Source: an uncultured delta proteobacterium (GTDB lineage Bacteria; Desulfobacterota; Desulfobacteria; Desulfobacterales; JAFDCJ01). Taken from it: 64,000 bases of DNA. The stretch is taken from assembly GCA_963769935.1 (NCBI GenBank), contig CAVYNY010000013.1, positions 1 to 64,000 of the forward strand, in the 5' to 3' direction. A program made the translations under genes and the position numbers. Under the pieces are notes generated by a model. It did no database searches. It was not told the DNA's origin and saw nothing but the letters and a program-made list of their open reading frames with translations. Below, in pieces: positions 1 through 10,747 of the stretch (position 1 is its first letter; every line of letters starts with the position of its first letter).

Positions 1-5
1 AATTG

Positions 6-1951
6 GTCGCGGTAGGGATGCCAGTTACCCGACACCCCCCGCACAGATCCCAGCGTGCGGGACTACCGCACTGGGCTCCTACCTCAGGTAGTGACGTACA
101 GGCCCAGATCAGGATATGAATGACATATACGGGCGTTCGGTAGCCAGCGATTAATCAATCGATTCATCCGTTCCCAATTGAGGCGACTTCGCTGGCTGCG
201 GCGAAGCAACGTCTTATACCAGAGGCGACTCAAATGATATCTGAAGGCCTCCAGCTTTCGACTGTTGCCCGGCAGTCCGTAATATCGGTAATGTCCGAGC
301 AACACAACGCGCAACCATTTGCCAACAACTGGAACCGGGCTATGAAGACGCCGTCTGAGCTCTATTTTCAGCTCCATAAGCTTGGCTCGTATCCGCTTGC
401 CGATGCTATGCCGATGGATGATGAATTTGCCTTTCCGGCTTTGGCCACACACATGGGTAAAACCAAGAAAATCAAACGTCTCCGGTTTGCCCTTGCCTTG
501 GCGTTCGCGGTTTTGGGCAGCAAAACGACCAAATTCGATCAGCCGTGTTTTGTCCTTGTGAAGCTGCAAGCTAAACTGCGAAAATCGCTTCTCAAGTTCC
601 ACCAAAAATCGTTCGGCATCTTTTTGATACTGAAAACCGACCACAAAGTCGTCGCAAAACCGCACGATGATAACATCACCACAGCCGTCTTTACGCCTCC
701 ATTGGTCAGCCCACAGATCCAACACATAGTGCAAGTAGACATTGGCCAGCAGCGGGCTGATACTTCCACCCTGCGGTACGCCTTCCTCGCTGCGGGTCAC
801 TGCTCCGTCCTCAAGCACGCCTGCATTGAGCCACTTTTTGATGTGTCTCAACACGCGCTTGTCCGCTATGCGGTGCTCGACGAATTTCATCAGCCATTCG
901 TGGTCGATGGCATCAAAATAACCCCGAATGTCTGCATCCAGCACCCAGCCTACCTTTCTCGTCATGATCCCCGCATACAGGGCATTCAAGGCATCATGCT
1001 GACTGCGCCCCGGACGAAAACCATACGAAAAACCGACAAAGTCCGTCTCGTAAATAGCGTTCAGCACCCCAACCGTTGTGCGCTGGACTACTTTATCTTC
1101 CAGCACGGTCACCCCCAAAGGCCGTTGCCGACCATCGGGCTTAGGGATGTACGCTCTTTTCACCGGCTTTGCTCGGTACGCTCCGCGCTTCAGTCTCGCG
1201 CAAAGATCCTGAAGATTCTCTTCCAGATCCTCACCGTAATGCCGCCACGTCTCACCATCTACCCCCGCTGCCGCATCACGCTTAAGCATGAAGTAACTCT
1301 TGCGCAGCTGGTCGATGGTATAGACATGGTGCCAGAGCGTGGTAAACCGCAGCCTCTTATCCCGACATGCTGCTTGTCGTATCCGTTCCATCGCATTTGG
1401 CAAGTTGTCAGAGCTCATAACTGCAACTCCTTCCCGGTGACTGTGTCCAGAACTTGTTTTGACGGACCAGATTCCCCTTGGTCAGGCCCCTTCCCTCCAC
1501 TTTCTCCGCCAGCGGGATTCGCACCCACTTTTGTTCGAATGCTTCTACGGTACATATGGGCCTGTCCGACTCCCCGTTGCCGTTCATCGCTGTCGTGCTC
1601 CCTTGGGATTCACAGCGCGGGCCTCGGTGCCATCCACCAAGGCCGGCTAAGGGGCCTCCCGGTTCCCGTGCGAAAAGCTTGCGTGCATGCACAGGGTCTT
1701 CGACCACGCGGGGCCATAACATCTCTCGCGATATCGATATGTTACATGTTGCCTTCCGTACATTTTGACGCCGTCGGCACCCCGAAGTTAACCTGCTTTC
1801 GCGGCTCAATACCTGGCCTGCACGTCCCCCTGCCAACGCTTCGCGCACCTCCTTGCGGATGTACACGCATGACTCGGGGTCAGTGTGACTCGCTACGTCT
1901 TCACTGTATGAAACTTTCATTCACTACTTTCCGCCGGTTTTACCGGCGCAC
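6..1951 (-). mobile_element. Complete group II intron (bacterial, probably class E-like, no endonuclease domain)
   Basis: Minus strand begins GTGCGCCGGTAAAACCGGCGG at 1951 (canonical GUGYG). It ends with domain V (GAGCCCAGTGCGGTAGTCCCGCACGCTGGGATCT) and domain VI finishing ...CCTACCGCGAC (AY end) at position 6, directly after the RT stop. Confidence 0.92.
84..1418 (-). CDS. ltrA: Group II intron reverse transcriptase/maturase
   Basis: RT motifs AAGVDG, YIPKPDGRQRPLG, SYGFRPGRS, DADIRGYFD, GVPQGGSISPLLAN and catalytic RFCDDF. Domain X follows; no HNH domain. Confidence 0.95.
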   Translation of the reverse strand: MSSDNLPNAMERIRQAACRDKRLRFTTLWHHVYTIDQLRKSYFMLKRDAAAGVDGETWRHYGEDLEENLQDLCARLKRGAYRAKPVKRAYIPKPDGRQRPLGVTVLEDKVVQRTTVGVLNAIYETDFVGFSYGFRPGRSQHDALNALYAGIMTRKVGWVLDADIRGYFDAIDHEWLMKFVEHRIADKRVLRHIKKWLNAGVLEDGAVTRSEEGVPQGGSISPLLANVYLHYVLDLWADQWRRKDGCGDVIIVRFCDDFVVGFQYQKDAERFLVELEKRFSQFSLQLHKDKTRLIEFGRFAAQNRERQGKGKPETFDFLGFTHVCGQSRKGKFIIHRHSIGKRIRAKLMELKIELRRRLHSPVPVVGKWLRVVLLGHYRYYGLPGNSRKLEAFRYHLSRLWYKTLLRRSQRSRLNWERMNRLINRWLPNARICHSYPDLGLYVTT

Positions 1952-2004
1952 CAAAATTCAGGTATTAGTTTTTCCCTATCATTAGACTCCGAATTCTCTC
2001 CCAT
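1952..2004 (-). other. Putative 5' exon of the host gene interrupted by the intron
   Basis: ATG at 2004 follows a purine-rich GGTAGGAAAA. It reads MGENSESNDREKLIPEF and stays open across the spliced junction (TG|C AAT). Only 5 nt of the 3' exon are in the window. Confidence 0.4.
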
Positions 2005-2148
2005 TGCGCTTTTTCCTACCGTGAGTACTATATAATCGGATTTTAGGATAATCCGAGTGCATGTAATTCTGTTAGATTGATCCGGCTGGTCGCAAACCTA
2101 TCAGTTGCAAGAGCGAATTTTGGTTTGGCCGAATTTGAATATGAAAGG

Positions 2149-3372
2149 ATGTTGAAAGTGGAACTTAATCGGATAAACTCTGACAGCATTGTAGACATGA
2201 TATTTCACCTGAAGTGGAAAAGCGACACTGCAGTTCATACAGACGGGTACCAGGCCAGCCGGGTCAATATCTGGCGCGATTACCTGCCGCCTTTTTTACT
2301 TGACCAAATAAAGAGTAAGCAAGTCGGTGAGAGAATAGAAATGCACCTCAAGTCGAAAGATGTTCTGCCGCCATTCGACAATCAAAATCTGTTTCAAGTC
2401 AAAATCAACCAGTTTGATCGTCGTTTTGCATCAGATGCCATTGGGACGCCCAAGGTCGGCCGGTTCTATCCTAAAGGCTTGCTTAAGAATGTTGCTGGCG
2501 TGTTTAGCGCCAATGTTCAGCCCTTCAGATGCGTTCAACTCAACAATGGAGACATGACGGTTGACTTTAATCACCCGTTGTCGGCCAAAGATCTTATTTT
2601 GTCTGCGATCATAGGTAAAGTCGAAACCAAAACTACCGAGCGCGGCGGCAGCAGTGTAGACTGGATGGAAATTTTGACTACCGGCCCTGGTATGCAGGAA
2701 CGGTGGCAGAGTCGACAGACAGACTTCTTTTCTGATGACGCGTTTCGCCGAGACGACGAAAGGCCCGATTCCCGGTTTTACAGGGAGCCACGCTATGTAC
2801 AGCATATCGATGGCACCGCTATCGAGATGGTCAAAAGTACATACGGTCGGTTTTTAATGAACGATATGCGTGTGTTGGATCTGATGAGCAGCTGGCAGTC
2901 CCATCTTCCCGAAAATTTAAGATTTAAGTGTCTTGCAGGGTTAGGACTCAATGAGCATGAACTCAGTAAAAATTCCCGCTTAACTGAATCAGTAGTTCAG
3001 GATCTCAATGTGGATTCCAGGCTGCCATTCGCGTCCAACAGCTTTGATGCGGTGGTATGTACGGTATCGGTGGAATATCTGATCGATCCATTGACGGTAT
3101 TTGAAGAAGTTTCAAGAGTATTGCGGCCGGATGGCTATTTTATAGTAACCTTTTCAAATCGGTGGTTTCCAACCAAGGCCATTAAGATCTGGCAGGAACT
3201 CCACGAATTCGAGCGCATGGGGCTGGTGCAGGAATACTTCTTGCGGGCAGGCGGATTTAAAGACTTGCATACCTATTCAATTCGGGGGCTGCCTAGGCCA
3301 CGCGATGACAAATACTTCCCCGAGTTTTTGTTTTCCGATCCGGTATATGCCGTATGGGGACGGAAACAATAG
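2149..3372 (+). CDS. Class I SAM-dependent methyltransferase with N-terminal FKBP/SlyD-like region
   Basis: C-terminal VLDLMSSWQSHLP, LPFASNSFDAVVCTVSVEYL and FSNRWFPTKA. N-terminal VDFNHPLSAKDL resembles SlyD. Confidence 0.75.
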   Translation: MLKVELNRINSDSIVDMIFHLKWKSDTAVHTDGYQASRVNIWRDYLPPFLLDQIKSKQVGERIEMHLKSKDVLPPFDNQNLFQVKINQFDRRFASDAIGTPKVGRFYPKGLLKNVAGVFSANVQPFRCVQLNNGDMTVDFNHPLSAKDLILSAIIGKVETKTTERGGSSVDWMEILTTGPGMQERWQSRQTDFFSDDAFRRDDERPDSRFYREPRYVQHIDGTAIEMVKSTYGRFLMNDMRVLDLMSSWQSHLPENLRFKCLAGLGLNEHELSKNSRLTESVVQDLNVDSRLPFASNSFDAVVCTVSVEYLIDPLTVFEEVSRVLRPDGYFIVTFSNRWFPTKAIKIWQELHEFERMGLVQEYFLRAGGFKDLHTYSIRGLPRPRDDKYFPEFLFSDPVYAVWGRKQ

Positions 3373-3376
3373 CGAA

Positions 3377-3901
3377 ATGAGTGACGCGGTTAATACCCGC
3401 AGTTATGTGATGACTCGTAACCTAGTCGCATTAATTTTTTGGGTAGCAATAATCGCCTCCGGTTGCAACCATGCTCAGTAAGGGGTTGAGCCCGCAACCG
3501 GTTTTGGCAGGACAGATATAGTGGATACCAAAGCATCTAAGACCTTAGCCCCATGCCCGAAGACGCCGAACTGTGTATCTTCTTTGGAAGAAAAAAACGA
3601 CGGGCATTACATTGAACCGATCCATTTTAGCGGAGATTCTGCAGCGGCCCAAGTCAATCTAATCGCAATCATTGATTCGCTGAGCCGGGCAGAAGTGGTG
3701 GAGGTCCAAGCGGGCTATATACATGCAGAGTTCACTTCAGCCATTTTGCGGTTTGTTGACGACGTTGAATTTTATTTCGATAAACGGCAAAAAGTGATTC
3801 AGGTCAGGTCGGCTTCACGGGTGGGTTATTCGGATCTGGGGGTTAATCGACGCAGAGTAGAAACGATTCGAAAACTTATGAACGAAAGGAGCGCACCATG
3901 A
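3377..3901 (+). pseudogene. DUF1499-domain lipoprotein, with an in-frame TAA after the signal peptide (domain ORF 3521..3901)
   Basis: CPKTPNCVSS, FVDDVEF and RSASRVGYSDLGVNRRR. The upstream in-frame signal MTRNLVALIFWVAIIASGC is cut off by TAA at 3479-3481. Confidence 0.75.
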
Positions 3902-4023
3902 GCAATGCTGAAGATAAAACCCTGTGTGCATATCAGGAAGAGGGATATATTCAGACCAATACTGAAGAGTTCATCAAGTTGATAAGGCAGGCAAAATTTT
4001 TCTGTAAAGAATGTTCAGTCTAA
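3898..4023 (+). CDS. Small Cys-containing hypothetical protein, possibly truncated
   Basis: ATG overlaps the upstream stop and follows AAGGAG. Translates MSNAEDKTLC...KFFCKECSV. Confidence 0.45.
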   Translation: MSNAEDKTLCAYQEEGYIQTNTEEFIKLIRQAKFFCKECSV

Positions 4024-4176
4024 ATTTTTTAATGATGCTCATCAGGCCAGGCCGCCATTTTCTATTTTTTGCCACATCTGAAACTGCATCAAAACCAGAA
4101 AATCGATGCAAGAATGTGTGTTTTAACTTCCTTTTCTTTAAACCCATCATTCCACAGTTCCATTGTTCCATCATTC

Positions 4177-4494
4177 CTATTGGGACGAAGCCCCTAAGTT
4201 CTTTCTTTGGGGCATTTCTTGCTGGCGCATGGGCATGGAATCGATCAGGGCGAAAATGTCATCCAATTGCGTTTGTTCTTTACGATCCAGCTTGATACGG
4301 CCATCTTTGCCGATCAAAATGACCGTAAATTCATCCCGCAGAACGTCAAATTTTTCTCGCAGCAAGCACGCGGTTTCCGAATCGATAGCTTCATTATTCA
4401 TAGTGGAAGAGGAGATCATGGGCGGGGTCGCACATTTCCCAATTTGCAAGACGAGCGGGTCTGCATTCGGTTGACAAAAGAGCTCAGCCTGCAA
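4177..4494 (-). pseudogene. DUF4174-domain protein, N-terminus degenerate
   Basis: FTVILIGKDGRIKL...IFALIDSMPMRQQEM is the DUF4174 C-terminal signature. Confidence 0.65.
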
Positions 4495-4656
4495 GATTGC
4501 CGGGAGTTGTTCCCGCTGATTCGTCAGGCAAGGACTTCCGGGGCCCGGCAGATCGTGTCCGACTATTTAGAAAGATCATTCGGAAATTTTTCATACCGTT
4601 TTTCAGCGGTGTCTGCCTCGATCCCCAAATTCGAGCATCCAGCCGGGTATTTCAAT

Positions 4657-4914
4657 ATATTTCTGGTTCTAAACGGCGATGGAACCGGTTGGGTCAACAG
4701 CCTGACAGTTCCAAGCATTGTCGCGCCCACCTATGCGCCTGCCGGCCAACACCTGGTTTCAGTTGTGGTGATCAGGTATCTGGATGCCGACGACACCTCC
4801 GCGGAAACTATCGTCCGTGAAGAGCTCACGGAATGGTTCGGCTCAGCGGTCGGCGACTGGCGACACCTGAGAACCTATCGCATTGCGCATGCTTTGCCCG
4901 AGCAACCGCCGCCG
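4657..4914 (+). pseudogene. Internal fragment of an FAD-dependent amine oxidase/protoporphyrinogen oxidase-like oxidoreductase
   Basis: LVLNGDGTGWVN..PSIVAPTYAPAGQHLVSVVV..WFG..WRHLRTYRIAHALPEQPPP; both ends missing. Confidence 0.7.
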
Positions 4915-5417
4915 ATGTGCTTCTCTTCGACACCGCACCTGCGGGGCGACAGGCCCCTGGCATAGTTTGCGAAGAAATTGCGATGGCATTCCTCGATGTA
5001 GGTATCCTGATGGTTCCCCGGCGTCGTCATGAAGGCGATATATCTTCTTAGAAAATCGTCCGCGTCATAGGTGCCGGTTTGGTTAATCGATTCAATGAGC
5101 AGCCGGCAAATCTTGACATTTAACGTGTTCTCTCCCGCTTTGAGAAACTGGTGATAATGAATGCCCTTTTGCCCCCAGTATTGGGCTTGATCATGAAGAA
5201 TTTCGCCATTTGAGTTTGGCGTCGCATAGGAAGAACGCCAGAGGATGCTGTCCGGGTGGGGATTGCGCGGCGCCAAATAGTCCGTCACCCGTCCATAGTC
5301 GTCGTTTAGCGCCTGGCGGTTGTAGTACCAGTGAACCGGCATCGCCAGCGCATCGCCGATACACAGACCGCAGAGGGCACCGCGGGATTTAGAATAAATA
5401 GGGTCGGTCATGGTCAA
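4906..5417 (-). pseudogene. ADP-ribosylglycohydrolase family, N-terminal half only
   Basis: GALCGLCIGDALAMPVHWYY, GENTLN and HQDTYIEE. Homology stops at EKHIGG, where it meets the oxidoreductase fragment. Confidence 0.8.
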
Positions 5418-5597
5418 TCTTCCACTTTACTTTAGAATCAGTTGAAACGGATGAGGGGCAAACCGCTCTTGGGCCTGCCTCATCAAAAATGATTGTCACT
5501 ACAGAATAAGTCCGGCTGGAGATCCGCGCAAGCCCAAATAGTTAGAGGATTTAAGAGAATTTTTTGAATTGCCGAATAATATGAAAGGAGATATCCA

Positions 5598-5909
5598 ATG
5601 GACGTTCAAGATTATTGCAAGAGTATGGAAACGGAAATGACCGCCTGGAAAGCAAAGCTCTATGATGTCATGCGCAGGGTCGACAGACTGGGCACAGCCG
5701 AAAAAGAGAAAGTATTGCCCAATATCGAAGACCTCCACATGTTTTTTGAAGAAATGTCGGACAGAATTGAAAAATTGAAAACCGAATGCCCCTCTGAATG
5801 GAGCCCGATGAAAAATGAGATCGAAGAGGACAGCATCGATATGCGGGAAAAGTATGAAGAAACGATGGAGTATATCGGCAAAGCCGCACCGGTTTCGATT
5901 CCAGGCTAA
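5598..5909 (+). CDS. Conserved hypothetical coiled-coil protein
   Basis: Strong RBS AAAGGAG. 103 aa helical ORF, MDVQDYCK...WKAKLYD...ECPSEWSP. Confidence 0.75.
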   Translation: MDVQDYCKSMETEMTAWKAKLYDVMRRVDRLGTAEKEKVLPNIEDLHMFFEEMSDRIEKLKTECPSEWSPMKNEIEEDSIDMREKYEETMEYIGKAAPVSIPG

Positions 5910-6576
5910 ACTTTAAACTTTCAAGCAAACTTCCAAAAAATAGATGCTTTGTAACCACGGTTCGGGCAACATTGTGATATCCACAGAATCAAAACGAAAT
6001 CTAATGCAATCTGGGAGCTAAATTCAGCCATAAACCGAACTCTGTGAAAAATACATGCTTCAAATGGATATCTCAAAGGCTTTTATACGATGATATGTTA
6101 TTTCTCTCTGCGGGTGATCTGGCCCCAAAATCCATCCTTAAATTAAAGTACCGGTGAGCTCAGAAAATTTTCCGAAAAATCAAATTTAGGATTTTCTTGA
6201 CTTGGTGCATGGTTTTCGTGATATCTGCAATTGTGCCGGTATGGTGGTACCATCTACTTATATGAATTTTAATGATTTTGCATGTAGTCTCAATATATCA
6301 AAGGTAGCCACAGAAAAAGACCGACCACAACATATGGGGTTCGCCATAATTTGTAAAAATCAACAATACCCTTCGCAGTGTTCGATAACCAAGAGACATG
6401 AACGATAGCGCACTGTGGGAAGTTGTAAAAATCTCCACTTTTCGTCATATTATTCCGCTGTTTGAAATCTTTACCTATTCAATCTAATCCCTAAAAAAAT
6501 CATTGTATTTAATATAATTCAATAATATAGACCCTGCACAATTAAGATTAAGTAAGAGAATAGGAGAATTTTTTTA

Positions 6577-7239
6577 ATGAAATCTTTTGTTGGATATACC
6601 CTGTTTATTCAGTATATTATTCTAATTTTTACTCTATCAGCACAAGCTGAATCCATGTATGTAACCGATGTAATTAAAGTCGACCTCCGAACCGGACCCA
6701 GCATAGGTCATAAAATTATCAAAATGGTTGAATCTGGGGAAAAAATTGAGTTGATAGAACCTGGCCAGGATTGGAGTTTAGTAAGACTTAATGATGGTAA
6801 GGAAGGCTGGATTTTAAATAGATATATGATATCAGATGAAACAAGTGAGATAAAACTGGTCAAATTAGAATCAGAGCACTCGACACTAAAAGCAAAAGTC
6901 AACTCAATTTTTGAGGAAAATTCTGAATTAAAAACTGAAAATAAAAAGCTGGGCTCAGAATTCTCCGATACAAAAAAAGAGCTTGAAAGGATTCGCAACG
7001 ATTATGAAGCCCTTAAAGCCGACTCAGCGGAATTTATAACTTTACAATCAAAATTTGAAAAGGTATCTAAGCAGCTGTCTGAGCGAACTCAAAAATCCAA
7101 TGAATTAGAAAAGCAGGTATCCGAACTTGAAGTTTCATATTATATTAAATGGTTTCTGACGGGATCAGGCGTTCTCTTTGTTGGTTTCGTATTGGGGCTT
7201 ATTACAAAACGGCAGCGCAGACAACCTTCATTACTTTAG
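6577..7239 (+). CDS. SH3-domain protein (TIGR04211/YgiM-like)
   Basis: Signal peptide, YVTD..LRTGPS..GWIL SH3b motif, coiled coil and C-terminal TM helix (WFLTGSGVLFVGFVLGL). RBS AGGAG. AT-rich. Confidence 0.85.
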   Translation: MKSFVGYTLFIQYIILIFTLSAQAESMYVTDVIKVDLRTGPSIGHKIIKMVESGEKIELIEPGQDWSLVRLNDGKEGWILNRYMISDETSEIKLVKLESEHSTLKAKVNSIFEENSELKTENKKLGSEFSDTKKELERIRNDYEALKADSAEFITLQSKFEKVSKQLSERTQKSNELEKQVSELEVSYYIKWFLTGSGVLFVGFVLGLITKRQRRQPSLL

Positions 7240-7775
7240 TTTGATGCCAGGTAGATCAAAAATATTTAAATTTTCTAATTTTTCCTCTTCAGCCAGAGAC
7301 GAGAACTGACATTGCAATCTCACATTTTTTACTTGGCGTCCTATACAAAATATTTTGGCAGTGTAATCTGAAACAAAATCGGTGATTATTCCAACAAACA
7401 CCAACTATCTGGCAGCCTCCTTTTTTGCATATACTGTAAACAAAGCAAAGATTTTGGAGCCTAAAAAATTGTTGTGATATCATATTGTCCGACCGAATCT
7501 TCACCCGATTATAATTCTGCAGATTAGCCAGGGCGAATATGCACTTTTTTCAGAAAATATTTTTGTTGGACTATCGTGCCTAAGTAACACTTTGAAAAGT
7601 TTGCGTAAAATTTGTGTATTTCGAAGTCAAATCTAAAATGTTTGATCATCGTGCGAGGCAGAACATAGAGGTTTGGTTTTTTTTAGAGCATCAATCGTTA
7701 AAACAAAAGATGTTTAATTCAGCGCCTACAGTATGCCGGCAAACACTTGGAGCCGATTGCGGGGTAGTTCGGCGA

Positions 7776-8288
7776 TTACCAGTACTCCGTTCCCGGTTCA
7801 CCCTTAAAAGGGCCGACGATTTCACCTGTAATCCACCCACCATAAAATTGCCCGGGCTGGGGTCGAACCCGCTCACCTGAAACATAGCATACCATAACGG
7901 CCGGGTAGAACGCGATGTAACCCCGTATTTGCTCAAACGCCGGCTTAGGCTCGGGATAGCTCCAGCCTACAACACCCATTTTTGAATCGGACGACAGAGT
8001 CCAGTATTCGGCCACGCCTTTCCACTCACACACTGAGCTTCCAGGTGCAAAGCTGAGCAGATTTAAGTCCACATCTTGCGGTGGTAAGTAAAAAGAGGGC
8101 GGGCTGGCGGTTTCAAGCACACGATAGGTTCTGCTGGACGACGCTATCAGCTGATCACCGTCATAGACTTCAACCAGGCGACCATCCGGCACCAGTTCAG
8201 GGGGCCTGGGGTAGTCCCATACCGATTCTTGACCGATTCCCGGCACTGCTGCAAAATCCGGTCTTTTTTCCCCTCTGTACTGCCACAT
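7776..8288 (-). CDS. DUF427-domain protein
   Basis: QESVWDYPRPP, VLETASPP, SVCEWKG and FYGGWIT..VGPFKG. Confidence 0.85.
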   Translation of the reverse strand: MWQYRGEKRPDFAAVPGIGQESVWDYPRPPELVPDGRLVEVYDGDQLIASSSRTYRVLETASPPSFYLPPQDVDLNLLSFAPGSSVCEWKGVAEYWTLSSDSKMGVVGWSYPEPKPAFEQIRGYIAFYPAVMVCYVSGERVRPQPGQFYGGWITGEIVGPFKGEPGTEYW

Positions 8289-8479
8289 TTAAGAATCTTC
8301 CTTTCCCTTAAGTCTTTGAAATTTGAATTAGTTAAGCAAATACAGTACATGAAAAAAATGCATAATTTATTTTTCCCCCAAATTTATTTTTTCTTGTTGG
8401 AATAGCCAGTGAGAACCGCTATGCTATGCCCTAAGAAAAATCCCTCTGGTACACAAATTCGCAAAACAATAAGTCAAAA

Positions 8480-9289
8480 ATGAATCTGCGCTACGATCCC
8501 TATCAGATATTTCGCCTCAGCAAAACGCCGCCCGGCCTTTATGCCCGCCAAAAGTGGCTTGGAGAGGCCGAGACGCCGCAGTGGAAAAGTGACTTTCAGG
8601 AAACGGTAACCGCGCTGTGGGCGGATCAGCTTCCTGATGGCTCATGGCATCACGCGACCGCGGCAACCGTAAAACATCTGTTCGGGCTTCACCTGACCGT
8701 ACGATCATCCACCTTGCAGATAGATTCCGCACTGGCCTGGCTTTTGGATAAGATAGACCTCCGGCAAGATGAAATTTACGTCAGCGGCGAGGAAGATATC
8801 ACCGGCACCGACCTGACGGGACTTCCATTTATCCCGAGTCGTGCTGATATGTTTCTAACCGGCGCCACCCTGTTTCTGGCCAGCATATTCGGACACGAAA
8901 GGGACCCGGATGTCTTGGCGATTTACGAGTGGTTGCGCACCAAAGGGATAAAAAACAGGGGCCGGTGGTTTGACGGGGCCTCTTCCCATAATATTTTCCG
9001 TGCCATGGTGGTGCATCCCGTATTCGCCCGAGACCCAGCGACGGCATTGGCGGTGGAACAGCTGGCCGGTATGCAGACCGATAATGGTGGTTGGCGAAAT
9101 GATTTAAGATTTTATCAGACCCTGAATGCACTCGCGCATTTGGATTCACCGCCGGCCGAAAAACAACTTGTAAAGGCCTTTGAGCGGTTAATTGACAATC
9201 AAAACAGCGACGGCACGTGGAGCCGTTCTGAACCGGAGTGGAATACCTTTCTGGCAATTCATGCATTGAGGAATAAGGGAATTTTGTAA
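8480..9289 (+). CDS. Hypothetical protein with prenyltransferase/squalene-oxidase-like QW repeats
   Basis: Repeated Q-x-x-D-G-x-W motifs (QLPDGSW, QTDNGGW, QNSDGTW). Confidence 0.65.
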   Translation: MNLRYDPYQIFRLSKTPPGLYARQKWLGEAETPQWKSDFQETVTALWADQLPDGSWHHATAATVKHLFGLHLTVRSSTLQIDSALAWLLDKIDLRQDEIYVSGEEDITGTDLTGLPFIPSRADMFLTGATLFLASIFGHERDPDVLAIYEWLRTKGIKNRGRWFDGASSHNIFRAMVVHPVFARDPATALAVEQLAGMQTDNGGWRNDLRFYQTLNALAHLDSPPAEKQLVKAFERLIDNQNSDGTWSRSEPEWNTFLAIHALRNKGIL

Positions 9290-9337
9290 AATTTCAAAAC
9301 GAGTTGATTTATAACAATTTTTTATCTAAAGCGCTAC

Positions 9338-9610
9338 GTGTTGACGGTACTTATTTTTTTTATCATCGATATGCTCTGGCTGGGGGTTATCGCCAAAGGA
9401 TTTTATCGCCGCCAACTGGACTTCATTTTAAGCCCCCAAGTTAATTGGACAGCGGCTGTCGTTTTTTATTTGATGTATATTGCAGGCATCCTTTTCTTCA
9501 TTTTTCAAAACGCCTTTCAAAAGGATTGCTTGCCAGAACAAGTAAAAAGTGGCTACCAAGCCGGCGGCATTAGTTTTCTTTCTTTATTTGCTCAGATACT
9601 AACTTGCTAA
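9338..9610 (+). pseudogene. DUF2177 family membrane protein, truncated
   Basis: FFIIDMLWLGVIAKGFY...AAVVFYLMYIAGILFF matches the family's N-terminal half; similarity is lost after about 9500. Confidence 0.7.
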
Positions 9611-9703
9611 GGCAAATGTTGAATATTTAGTTTTGATGCATAGGGTATAAGCGTGGGCTGAATGTTGCGGATGAGACCGGATCACTTGGAGAGTTGACCG
9701 GCC

Positions 9704-10168
9704 ATGAAAAAAGGACCGACATATCGAAAATTTCTGATCGGGGCAGCTACTGTTCTATCAGCCGTCTATGCCTCTGCATCGATTTACCTCTGGGCAAGGC
9801 AGGCGCATTTTATTTTCAGACCGCAACGCATCATCGCCAGCACGCCGGATGAGCATCAGCTGCCCTTCGAGGACATTTACGTAGCAGTAAGAGATGGTAA
9901 TGGGCATAACGAACGCATTCACGCCTGGTGGATATCTGCTGAATATCCCGGCGATCGATATCCGCTTTCTTTGCACGGAAGTGCGTTAAATATCGGAGCA
10001 AATATCACCCACGCCCAACGATTCCATCAGATGGGCTTTTCGGTTTTCCTTGTCTCGTATCGCGGGTCCGGGAAAAGTGATGGAACCTTTCCAACCGAAG
10101 CGCAGGATTATGCGGATGCCCGGGCTGCCTGGACTTACCTGGTCGAGCAAAAGGGCATCGATCCCGGC
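9704..10168 (+). pseudogene. Alpha/beta hydrolase, N-terminal fragment
   Basis: TM anchor, IHAWWI, LHGSALNI and YRGSGKSDG..PTE..DARAAW. Cut before the G-x-S-x-G nucleophile. Confidence 0.75.
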
Positions 10169-10570
10169 GTGCGGTCAAAAAGTGCTCGGCGTCTGCAACC
10201 CGTCCGGCTATCGGAAGTTGGCAGACGATTTCCGCGAGCTGTCGATCCGGGCGGTATTCATCGGGCGGCAGATATTCGAATCGATTGAATTTCTTAGCTT
10301 TTATGAGGCGGTTGAGGTTGCCGTCGAGGGTCTGGCAGTTGTGCGAATCGTCAAGACGGATGTAGACCACCCGGTGACCCGAGGCTTTAAGGCTGGCGGC
10401 AAAGTTGCGTATAGCGGCAAAAAAAGCTGCAACTTTTTGAATGTGATGCGTGACGTAGTCCGTTTCCTGGCGGATTTCCATCAGCACGTAAGTCACCCGG
10501 CGGTCGCGCTATTTAAACCAGCTGTGATTTAAGTTGAGCTGATCGCGGAGAATCAACCTCAAAATTTTTA
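10160..10570 (-). pseudogene. Cryptochrome/photolyase family (PhrB/FeS-BCP type), N-terminal fragment
   Basis: KILRLILRDQLNLNHSWFK*RDRRVTYVLMEIRQETDYVTHHIQKVAAFFAA...EHFLT, with an in-frame TAG and a truncated end. Confidence 0.8.
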
Positions 10571-10747
10571 GCTGTGGCAAAGCGACAGGACTTTCTCGGC
10601 AGAAGGACGCCGGCTGTCATCCGTTTGCGACGGACAGCCGGACCCGTTATCGTTATGACCCGTTGGATAGCTATGCGAATACATTCATTTTGCCCGCAGC
10701 TTTGGTTCGGGCTTAGCGGCATCCAAAATCCTTATCTGAAAAAAGGC

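Noticed and set aside
84..1418. RT as a retron, DGR or CRISPR-associated RT
   Set aside because: Clear group II boundaries with domains V and VI; no TR/VR pair, msr-msd or cas genes.
1408..1920. 170-aa ORF upstream of the RT
   Set aside because: Lies within ribozyme domains I-III; an incidental open frame.
234..1985. 583-aa plus-strand ORF
   Set aside because: Antisense shadow of the intron RT and ribozyme, with no recognisable motifs.
4207..4965. 252-aa ORF as a real gene
   Set aside because: Chimera of antisense DUF4174, an oxidoreductase fragment and antisense glycohydrolase sequence.
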